Below, one piece after another: positions 1-10,720 of a stretch of DNA of 64,000 nt. Numbering within the stretch: the stretch's first letter is position 1; each line of letters begins with the position of its first letter. Location: contig NC_092671.1 of the NCBI RefSeq assembly GCF_964355755.1, positions 26,796,070-26,860,069 on the forward strand, written 5' to 3'. The translations under genes and the position numbers were made by a program. This stretch comes from Antedon mediterranea (taxonomy: Eukaryota; Animalia; Echinodermata). The notes under the pieces were generated by a model, which had not been told where the DNA came from, ran no database searches, and worked only from the letters and a program-made list of their open reading frames with translations.

Positions 1-1078
1 AAAGTGAAAGGCAAAAAATATAAATTATATTATATTCAACATGTTTAAATAAAAAGCAATACAACAACATTTAACAGATGTTTATGTTTGCTATAAATTA
101 ATGTTTTTTTATCCTATACAATAGCAAAAGATGCAGTTTTTCTTAACTTGAGAAAATTTATCAAATTAATGGAAAGATTGTAATTCATTAATTTCTTTTT
201 TTTTATAGATATTACATCCATAAAAAACAAAGGAAAACCTTATACATCGCAACCTAAAATATTAATTTATAAAGGATGATTGGGAGTACGGTACATTGCA
301 GGCTATGGTTTTAAATTACAACTATAATTATTCTCTTTTTACAACTATGAATTTGTTGAAAGGATGCATATTTTTTTCTTCCAATTTAGTTTCATTTGTT
401 TATATGATTTTAATTATGAAACAGAACATTAGCACTTTTACATTTATAAGAAAACGCAACATATTACTGTATTTTTATTGGCCGATTACAGAAATCACTG
501 CAGTGTGCGTCAATATGATTAAGACCTTGCCTGTTCTTTTCATTGTGAGAAAGATAATAATTCAATTTATGGTCATGTATTTCTGCAATTCTAGTAAGTA
601 GTAGTAAGTTGGTTATCAGCCAATTATCGCTAACTGGGTAAAATCAAACTTTTCCAATTAATAACTATACTAGTTTGTTTGCTTGTGCTTATTTAAAAAC
701 TCATTATCATCGATCTTCATAATTTTTTTAAATATTGGAAAAGCTGTTTTGTATTGGTGGTCTATTTATTTGTTTATGTATTTGTGGAAGTGTAATAAAT
801 ATATTAAACTATTAAACTATTAAATACATGAATATAATTATGAACAAAAATAAAATAAATTAACTCTCTAAGTTCTAAGGAAGAGATAGATTTTGTATGG
901 TTTTCCATTATACTGTTGCTATTCCACACTTACATATGAGGTATCAAAATGCACTGGCATTGGGCTTGAAACTAAACTACTACAGGTATTTTTGTTAGAT
1001 TATAAAGTAAAACTTATTTCAAGGATATGAACTTACTTCTAATTGTAAAAAAACCGATTTGAATCTTTACACTTATAG

Positions 1079-4000
1079 TCTGGCATTGAAGTTGCAAGGT
1101 GGGAAGAAAAGAAGAAATGGGAAAAAAGAGTTGAAAGTTTGCAGAGCAAATTAAAAGAAAAAGAAAAAGATACAGAAAAATTGAAGAAGAATAATGAAAT
1201 GTTAAAAGAAGCACTTAACAGGTTTGTCTATTATATTGTACATAATTATAAATTAATATCAAATTATGCCTTATAACAATTTATGATTATATTTTTATAA
1301 TATATTCAAATAAAAAAAATGTTGTTTGCAAAAAAATCTTCCATTTTCCTTAACATTTTTTATTTTTTTTTGCATTTAAACATTTATTTACTTTCACTGA
1401 CAGTAAAAAAATAAAGAAGATACATAATATGACAAAGTAACATTTAAAGAATGCTTGATGCCTATGAAGGAGGACATAAAATAAAGTGACATAGTAACAT
1501 TTAAAGAATGCTTGATGCCTATGAAGGAGGACATAAAATAAAGTGACATAGTAACATTTAAAGAATGCTTGATGCCTATGAAGGAGGACATAAAATAAAG
1601 TGACATAGTAACATTTAAAGAATGCTTGATGTCTATGAAGGAGGACATAAAATAAAGTGACATAGTAACATTTAAAGAATGCTTGATGCCTATGAAGGAG
1701 GACATAAAATAAAGTGACATAGTAACATTTAAAGAATGCTTGATGCCTATGAAGGAGGACATAAAATAAAGTGACATAGTAACATTTAAAGAATGCTTGA
1801 TGCCTATGAAGGAGGACATAAAATAAAGTGACATAGTAGCATTTAAAGAATGCTTGATGCCTATGAAGGAGGACATAAAATAAAGTGACATAGTAACATT
1901 TAAAGAATGCTTGATGCCTATGAAGGAGGACATAAAATAAAGTGACATAGTATACAAATAATGAATGTTTATGAGTGCAATGGTACAAATAATGGCACGA
2001 GGTGAATGATGAAAGGTTATATCAACGAGGCAAAGCCGAGTTGATATAACCTTTCATCATTCACCAAGTGCCATTATTTGTACCATTACATGAATACAAA
2101 ACATTCATTATTTGTTTTATATAACATCTAGACGTTTTTTTTTCGTACACAAAAATGTTTCAAAAAGTACTATTTAACGATCGTTGAATAGTGCGTACTA
2201 TTGCACGCCATGTGACCCACATTCGTCCAATCAAATGACAGGAATTTATATAGGTGTTATATAATAACATTTAAAGAAGGCTTGATGCCTATGAAGGAGG
2301 ACATAAAATAAAGTGACATAGTAACATTTAAAGAATGCTTGATGCCTATGAAGGAGGACATAAAATAAAGTGACATAGTAACATTTAAAGAATGCTTGAT
2401 GCCTATGAAGGAGGACATAAAATAAAGTGACATAGTAACATTTAAAGAATGCTTGATGCCTATGAAGGAGGACATAAAATAAAGTGACATAGTAACATTT
2501 AAAGAATGCTTGATGCCTATGAAGGAGGACATAAAATAAAGTGACATAGTAACATTTAAAGAATGCTTGATGCCTATGAAGGAGGACATAAAATAAAGTG
2601 ACATAGTAACATTTAAAGAATGCTTGATGCCTATGAAGGAGGACATAAAATAAAGTGACATAGTAACATTTAAAGAAGGCTTGATGCCTATGAAGGAGGA
2701 CATAAAATAAAGTGACATAGTAACATTTAAAGAATGCTTGATGCCTATGAAGGAGGACATAAAATAAAGTGACATAGTAACATTTAAAGAATGCTTGATG
2801 CCTATGAAGGAGGACATAAAATAAAGTGACATAGTAACATTTAAAGAAGGCTTGATGCCTATGAAGGAGGACATAAAATAAAGTGACATAGTAACATTTA
2901 AAGAATGCTTGATGCCTATGAAGGAGGACATAAAATAAAGTGACATAGTAACATTTAAAGAATGCTTGATGCCTATGAAGGAGGACATAAAATAAAGTGA
3001 CATAGTAACATTTAAAGAATGCTTGATGCCTATGAAGGAGGACATAAAATAAAGTGACATAGTAACATTTAAAGAAGGCTTGATGCCTATGAAGGAGGAC
3101 ATAAAATAAAGTGACATAGTAACATTTAAAGAATGCTTGATGCCTATGAAGGAGGACATAAAATAAAGTGACATAGTAACATTTAAAGAATGCTTGATGC
3201 CTATGAAGGAGGACATAAAATAAAGTGACATTGTAACAATTTTATGGAGAAAAAAAATAGGATAAAGATATGTTTTGATAATATTTCATAAAAAAATAAA
3301 CGAAAAAAAAATGTAAAAAAATTGATAAAGTGCATATAAATTAAGCCGAAATCAAGAACAGAAAGCAGCAAATAACGAAACAGGAACAACATTTTGTTAA
3401 ATCTAGTAACTTGGAGTTTTGAAGTAAAAGAATTACAAGAAATAGAGTTTAAGAGGTTTGATGATAATTTATTGAAGAATGTAAGTCCTGAATATAAAAT
3501 GAACATAAAATCATTGTAAATTTGGGAGGATATACTGTATATACCAAAATAATAACATGCAATAGGTCAAATTTGTGCTAACACCCCAATTGTTATAATG
3601 ATACTGTGTTTGAGTTATTGTTAATGTAATTAAATTTATTAATAAATACATGATACTGAGTGTTTAATTATATTCCAGTCCAACAAAAAAATGTAATGTT
3701 TTCTTTCTTTCTTTTTTTAAATCAAAAGAAATGAGAAAGCACAAATGAGCCGGACAGCAGGTTTGACCTCAAGAAAAGCTGCGGGTTTTAAACCAACTCC
3801 ACCTAGTAAATTTGATCCAAAGGTTGAAGAATTAAAAAAACAGAATTTTCAACTTGAAGAAGAGGTAAGAATAGCATTTTCGTTATATAGTATAGTATAA
3901 TGTGATTTGTATGTGTACATTCAATTCTTTGTACCATCTGGAAACAAAATCTTCTTTATTGAAACAGCACAGCAATGGCAAGTTAAGTTACCAGCAACAA

Positions 4001-7000
4001 TTTTTAATAATTCTTATATATTTTCTAATATTCGTCAAAGGTTTATACTAGTAAAGTTTAAAAAGAAAAGTTTGAAATATCTTAAAATTAATGTATTTTA
4101 TTTTTTGGAGTATAACTATATGTATTTATTTTCATACGTTTTGAATTTGTTAGGTGGTATCTCTAAAAAGGCAGTTAGCCATTGGTAATGCAGGAGCACT
4201 TGCCGATGTAGAGAAAAGAAATGAAATATTGACTAATAAGCTAGCTGCAATGGAGAACGAAATGGTTAAGAGATTGTCAAGTAATGCACAGGTAGGTTAT
4301 ACACCAGCTTAGCAGTCTATTTTAGTGGATTGTTTACTGTTCTTCAAAGCTATACAGAGATTAGGCGCAGATGAACATCATATAAACAGCAAGCCCTCAT
4401 AAATACTGTAACATCAACAATAGAGATCACCTACTTATCACAAAGGATGCTATTGGATCTTCATTTTTTTTTTCGTTATCCGAAAAGACTTGTTCTACTG
4501 TACCACCAGAACTATGGTCAAGGAGAAACACAGAGTCAAGTTAATTTCAACCAAATGCCTTGTCACCAATTTGTTGCATCATTTGATTTTGTCACTTTTT
4601 CTGTTAATTCTTTTACAGGTTGATTCAAACTCTCTTATGGAAGGAAGAGAACAAGAGTTACAAAAACAACTACTGCAGTTAACCGAAGAGAATATCGAGC
4701 TAAAATTTGATGCAGAGCAAGCTAAGAAAGATGTTCCACGTCTGAAATCTCGCATCGGTGACCTTCAACAGTATACAGAGGTCTTAAAGCAAGATCTGGA
4801 GAGAGAGCGAGAGAAGGTGATGCGAACCAGCTCTGGTAGTCTTAGAAGGGTATGGCATTGCAAGAAAAAAATTTTAGAATAAATTATTCTACACTAATTT
4901 CAGGATAAAAAAGATTTTCTATCATCTAAATCTTCTCATGAAACGTGGTACTTCTTCTGACCATGAGATTCATTCTGGTACGGTGGTGTAGCCTAATTTT
5001 TAACCCAACACCATTTGGCTGTCTTTGAGGGTATGAGTTTGAAAAGAAATCTTGGTATTATTGTGAAGCAAAAATTTGATTTCACTAAATTTGGAATTAG
5101 CATTTATGTTTATTAATGTAAAATTAAAAGCTAAAAATAAGAACAGATTCGAAAAAAAAAAAATTGTTTTTCTTCCACAGTCTGGTGGAAGTAGTGGAAA
5201 ATCAGTTCCAGAATTAGAAAGAACAATTGGCCTAATGAAGAAAGTTGTGGAGAGAGTACAATCAGAGAATGAACAACTAAAAAAGGCTCCTGGAGTTGTC
5301 ACCCAAACTGAAATACATAATTTAAGGGAGAAAAACAAAGAACTAAAGGTAAACTGTGTGCTTCCTCAATCAAATAAGAGTTGCAGTTAAATAAATGCTG
5401 CAGTTGAATAAGTGCTGCAGTTAAATAAGTGCTGCAGTCAAATAAGTTCTGCAGGCGAAATGCTACATATCCTACAGTCAAATAAATGCTGCAGTTAACT
5501 GCAGTTGAATAAGTGTTGCAGTTGAATAAGGTCAAATAGGTGCTGTAATTACATATCTCTCCTAGTCTGGTCTTAAAATTATAAATTTCTTCTCAATGCT
5601 CCTTTTTTTTTTTTCAAAGGGTGAACTAGAAAAAGTAAAATTAACATATGGAGGCCAGTTAAGCCATCGATACGAGAGTTCGCAAAAGGGGATAGCTAAA
5701 GTAGCATCTGAAAATGAGAAACTGCGACGTGAATTAAAAAAAGAAGTTGAAGAAAATAAAAAATTAAGATTTACTAAAAGTCAAATGGAAGTTGATATGA
5801 ACAAGTCTACACGTGATCTCCAACAGGTAAAATTTTAGCAGCTGTCTCTCTAAAACCAGTTATAAAGAAAGGTAGAGGGTGGAATCGCTTCATTTTTAGC
5901 ACATGTATAATTCCAGTAAACATTTTAACATTAAGTATTATTGCTTTTTTCTTTAGAGTCAGCAAAAGTTGGAACTTGAGCAAGCTCGTACTTCCAAGAC
6001 AGAAGTCTCAGACAGCAAGAGCTGGAAATCTATTGTTGTTACTAGAATGTATGAAGAAAAGATGAACAACATGGAACTTGATTTAGATAAAAAAGTAAAA
6101 CATCCTTTTGTAGTTCAATGCACATTTATTAATTTATTTTTGTATGTTACATTCATCACTGCCAATTACAGATGCCGTATATAGATATTTACAAACAACA
6201 CATTGCAATGATTTAAAAGGTAACATCATGATGTAAAACTTAGATTTGCTTTGCAGCATAAAAACAGGTGGACACTTCTCCCAAGACTTGGCCACCTGGA
6301 AACGGAACTTGAGCATGACTCCTTCTTTTGGAAATGCAATCTGAAGACTTTCTCTTAATGTTTTCTTCTTCTTCTTTTATTCAATTTTTCACACTTCAAA
6401 AATAATACAAGTTATGTGAAACAATGATAACAGGTACCATAGTAATAAACAATAAGGTACATCAATTATTTTTTTAGAGTTAACTTTTGTAGCATCTTTT
6501 ATCAAAGTATGTCAACATTATTTATTTTTCAGACATCTGCAATACAAGACATGAAACAGCTCTTAAGAGATGCAGCACACAGAGAGCAGGAGTTGATCCA
6601 TGACGTTGAAGAACTTAAGCAGAAGATCGCAGTGCTGGAGAGATTTCCAACAGATGCCAACACTGATGAACAGCTTGTGCAACATCTTCAAATGACAAGG
6701 TATGAGAAAAGAGAAATAGTTTTAGAAAAAGGTGTATGCATCTTTTTTTTTAAACAATTGCATATAACATTAACATTTCAATTTCTTTGGATGTCCTGAT
6801 GTCAATGTTGTACCTATTCATAGATTATCTTGAAAATTTTACTTTTTTTAAAATCATTCCTTGATGTTCGCATGATGTTAATAAGATGTTAATATGATGT
6901 TCACATGATGTTCTCATGATGTTTACATGATCAAAGTCATTAAACTTTATCAAGATGAACATGTGTAATTACAAATTCGTTCTTGATGGTATATTTTGTA

Positions 7001-8956
7001 AAAATATTTTATATAGAAAAGAGGTTTTTGTTTTATTAATAATGATGCTTACCAACCTCACTGGGTTCAAATCCTGTATTGGTCACAGTGCCAGTGTTTT
7101 TCTTTTATGTGGCCAAATTACACCACTGTCTAAGCACTATGAAAAAGATACTGTAGATGATGATTCGTTCTTTAACTTGGTACACATAGCCTTAACTTTA
7201 TGTCTTCTGGGGCGGATTGCTATAAGCGGTCTATAACCGGTCTTAGCGCTTAGCCGGCTATAATTCGTGACGTAGCAAGTAGTCTTACATTATAGACCAT
7301 TGCTATACCGCGGTCTAACCTGTAAACGGTCTTTAAAATTAAAGCCTACTCGAAGGAGTCTTAAAACAGTCTTAAACCTCTCTTTTTGTTGCTTTTACGT
7401 ATTATTTATCGTCAAAGACAACCAATAGAACGAGTTTTAAGAGTTAAATCAAATAATAACGGTGATTTTATTCTTATATAGCCCTAGAATAGATTTTCTT
7501 GCGTAGAAATGTACGTACTGTTATGATTTGTGAATTGAACAAGCGTGACGAACATTACCTTATTTGGTATTCTACGCGCAAAGTACGCCCTCAATTTGTT
7601 ACTTTACGCGGTCTTATCTAAGACTGTTTTATAGCAATGGTCTAACAGGGGTGGCTTTAGTAAGACCGTCTATCAGATAAAGCCGGCTTTAATCGGGGAG
7701 TTAAGACCATTAGTTAAGACTGTTTTATAGCAATCCGCCCCTGCTCTTCTAACGGCTATACACTATTTAGGTAGACAGAAAGACCATTTCTGTTTTGTAA
7801 TATAAAGCATAATGTAATATGAAGTAATTCTGCAGTGTGACTGTGTTTAAATTGTGTAATATGAATTTGAATAATTCCAGTATATCAATATGATTTGAAA
7901 GGAAACAAAAAATAAATCAAAAACACTCACATCTGTGGCTCAATTTGGTTTCTGTTTTGTAGCAATTATAATTTGTTTCTTAATTTTGCTATATTATTTA
8001 TTGCAGGCTAACAAATGAACGATTAGAAAATGAGAAGGCAGAGCTACTAAATGAATTAAAGCTGTTTAGACGACAGGGTGCTTCTTCATTATCTGGTACT
8101 GCATTTCAGGTAAAGTATAGAGAGCTCATGACTTTCAATTTATTTTAATACCAAAATAAGAAAAAAAATATTTTATATAGAAAATGGGTTTTTGTTTTAT
8201 AATTAACGATGCTTACCAACCTCACTAGATTCAAATCCTGTTACAGTTCATGTGTTCCTGTCTAAGCCCTATACAAGAGATACTTTATAAAGCATATAGA
8301 AATAGTCCATGGTGCTATAAAATTAAAATTTTATAGCACTATGGTGAGTCATGTCATTGGAGAGTCATCTGAATGCTTTTACAATATGTGAGAGATTTTT
8401 AAAAATAACAAAACCTTGTTTTCTTGTTCAGGATGATCTTTCATCAAATCGTTTTGATTCTGATAAATTATTAACCGAGAATGTTGAACTGAGAACTGAA
8501 TTGAAAGCCATTCAACTGGCACGAGATAAGCTGCAGATACAAGTACAACAGGTATAAAAATTCACTTTAATTCAGGGTTTTAAAATGTTAAGTATATTGA
8601 TTGATTGATTGATTGATTGAAATATATATTTATACTGGGTAACCTCTTCAGTCCACCTCTATTTCTTATATGTCTCTTCTCCATGGTAAATCGCTTTTTT
8701 TAGAAATGATTGCTTTTATACACATTAACCTTAACATATTTTTCATTAACAAACATTATTTTTGTTAATCAATTTGCTTATTTTTTTTAATTTATAGCTA
8801 CAAGAAGAGCTTGAACAATTTGATCCAAACTTCTTTGAGGAAATTGAGGATCTCAAATTTAACTACAGAGAAGCTATCCAAAAGAATGTTCAATATGAGG
8901 AACAATTAAGAAACTTTTCAGAGCAATTTGGTGTTTCTATAGATTTACCACCTTGA
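1079..8956 (+). CDS. CEP290: Centrosomal protein of 290 kDa, 3' part (last 11 coding exons; 5' part lies upstream of the window)
   Basis: Exons with AG/GT borders and consistent phase: 1079-1221, 3729-3864, 4154-4291, 4619-4849, 5181-5348, 5620-5826, 5957-6094, 6533-6699, 8007-8109, 8432-8551, 8798-8956 (TGA). The coiled-coil product contains recognisable CEP290 C-terminal segments: ARWEEKKKWEKRVE, ENIELKFDAEQAKKDVPRLK, SGKSVPELERTIGLMKKVVERVQSENEQLKK, SKSWKSIVVTRMYEEK, LEQFDPNFFEEIEDLKFNY. Confidence 0.93.
1437..3238. repeat. 57-bp tandem minisatellite (~26 units) in a CEP290 intron, interrupted at 1951-2264 by an inserted element
   Basis: Unit GTAACATTTAAAGAATGCTTGATGCCTATGAAGGAGGACATAAAATAAAGTGACATA, ~9 copies at 1437-1950 and ~17 copies at 2265-3238, nearly identical. 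Confidence 0.97.
1951..2264 (+). mobile_element. Non-autonomous hairpin/dumbbell DNA element, full-length copy; possibly tyrosine-recombinase (Crypton/DIRS-like) mobilised
   Basis: Clean insertion into a minisatellite unit (empty site gacatag|taacatt); a 312-bp core is flanked by TA on both sides. Long 5' hairpin at 1953-2116; internal segment 2102-2130 is complementary to both ends. Related copies at 21807, 32218, 35214, 49699 and 61868. Confidence 0.85.
5380..5545. repeat. Degenerate 17-18-bp tandem repeat (GTTAAATAAGTGCTGCA-like) in a CEP290 intron
   Basis: Repeated gtt(a/g)aataa(g/a)tgctgca motif, about 8 imperfect copies. Confidence 0.7.
7210..7740. mobile_element. MITE, PIF/Harbinger-like, 531 bp
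   Basis: Perfect 16-bp TIR GGGCGGATTGCTATAA...TTATAGCAATCCGCCC, 3-bp CTG target duplication (7207-7209 and 7741-7743), internal sub-terminal repeats of ttatagcaat. Confidence 0.85.
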
Positions 8957-9319
8957 CAGTTTAAAACAAACAAGTTTGCGTTCATGATATGTTGTGAATA
9001 TTTCAAAATTTAAAAAAAACATGAAGTGTAAAAGTCTATTAAGAGAAATATTGTTTCTGGTTGTTTTCCATTTTAATGGGATCATAATTTCGTGCCCAAT
9101 TTATGTAGGTTTCATCTTCTGTGACTTTTTTGATAATGTTGTCCATCCTTCGGGATTGAAGATTGAATATTGAATGTTTGTCTAGTGAAAATTTAATAAA
9201 AACATCAATAAACATCATACATACTGCGTAATGTTGCTTTCTCATATCACAATGTTGTCTGTGCAGAATCATGTAATGTCATCAGAATTTTTTTTTTAAA
9301 TTAGGAAGATTTAACTCTT

Positions 9320-9780
9320 TTCCCTTTTATTGTAATTTTTTGGATAACTGGTTACTATAACACTAAATGATACCTAGGACCTATAAGACCATATTAGTAT
9401 TATCATATAATGATTGAATTTTGAAAAGTCTACATTAGTCCATTTTTCGAAAATTTCCCCATACATTTTATAGGGTAACATTGTTTTATGTCAAAAAATA
9501 AAAAGGTTAATATTTTGGCAGTGTTTTGAAAAAAATCATGTTTCACTGTTCAGGGATTGTTTTCGAAAAATGACCAAAATGTCGATTTTTAAAAATATGT
9601 TGAGGTAACATGCGCATGGCAATTTTTCGAAATTTTTTTTACTATAATAATACGGTGATTTTTTTCAAATGACCAAAATATCGACTTATCGAATTATGTA
9701 TTGATGTAACATGCGCAGAACAGATTATTTTCTACAAATTACGAAAATATATCATCAGGAAATAAGCAAATAAATATATT
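9320..9780. mobile_element. Probable DNA-transposon remnant between the CEP290 and Rho 3' ends
   Basis: Two imperfect internal direct repeats (aaatgaccaaaat(g/a)tcga...gtaacatgcgca) near 9570-9615 and 9668-9717; no termini identified. Confidence 0.35.
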
Positions 9781-10720
9781 ATTTTGATAACAATTTACAA
9801 TAATTAGAATTGCTTTTCTTTTTGAATTGTTTTTTTCTGCAATCAATGCAACATGTATCATTCTATTTTATATTTGTTTTTACTATGTTTACGTTTTACC
9901 ACGATGATAGATATTTAATTTAACTGTTATTTCTGTCCATATGATACATGATTGTTAGAGAATTTCTTTTCTTGTTTTCATTATCAACAAATAATGAAAG
10001 AGACTATATGATGTAACACAAACACTTTCCGACGCTCGTACCAACATTATTAAGCCAACAAAATCTATTTTGAACAAAATTAAGATAAATTTTTTTTTTA
10101 TTGAACCATGTTTCTATTCATGAGGGTAGTTCATCCAGCAAATCTGATCATTGGGGCCCTCAACAATACAATACATACAGTACAGAAATACTATAAATAA
10201 TACTACCCTTTCTCAAAATAGGGCAGAATAGTATAACCAGATAAAAATAAAAGATAAACATATAAAAAAATACAACCAGTATATACAATTTTAAAACACG
10301 AATTAAATATCATTGATGATACATTTGTTATATTTAGAACCGGAAACTGACACTTCCTTGTTAAGCTGTTAGCTTGCAATTTGTATGAATATTCAGCAGT
10401 GAATGATGCCTGTTTGAAAACTCATTCGTTTAGGCCGGTTTTTTTGTGTATGTTTTTCAGCTATTTGGACCCCTTTTTTAAAAAAAACAATAATTAGAAG
10501 TAGCTTTCCGATTACATAATGAGCGCCACCTCTCTATTCCATACTCTGATTCCATAGAATATTTTTAGCTATTTATTATGGACCCATATTTTAATTATTA
10601 ATTAAATAAATAATTTCAATGAAAGTAAAATGTCTTCGGGTCTTGTAAAGTAACAAAAAGTATGCAAGGGGCGAAATTTGAATATTCACTGCAGTTTCCA
10701 ATGGCAAGAAATAAAACAAG

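Noticed and set aside
296-1214. Short AT-rich ORFs at the window start
   Set aside because: No recognisable domains; intronic or antisense to a CEP290 exon.
1350-3231. Long minus-strand ORFs (212, 187 and 324 aa) and a CRISPR-like look
   Set aside because: Artefacts of a 57-bp (19-codon) tandem repeat. There are no unique spacers, the context is eukaryotic and intronic, and no cas genes are present.
3380-3486. Exon-like stretch ending in GTAAGT within the CEP290 intron
   Set aside because: No good acceptor, and not needed because exons 1079-1221 and 3729-3864 join in frame. It may be a decayed LINE 3' end, but that cannot be supported.
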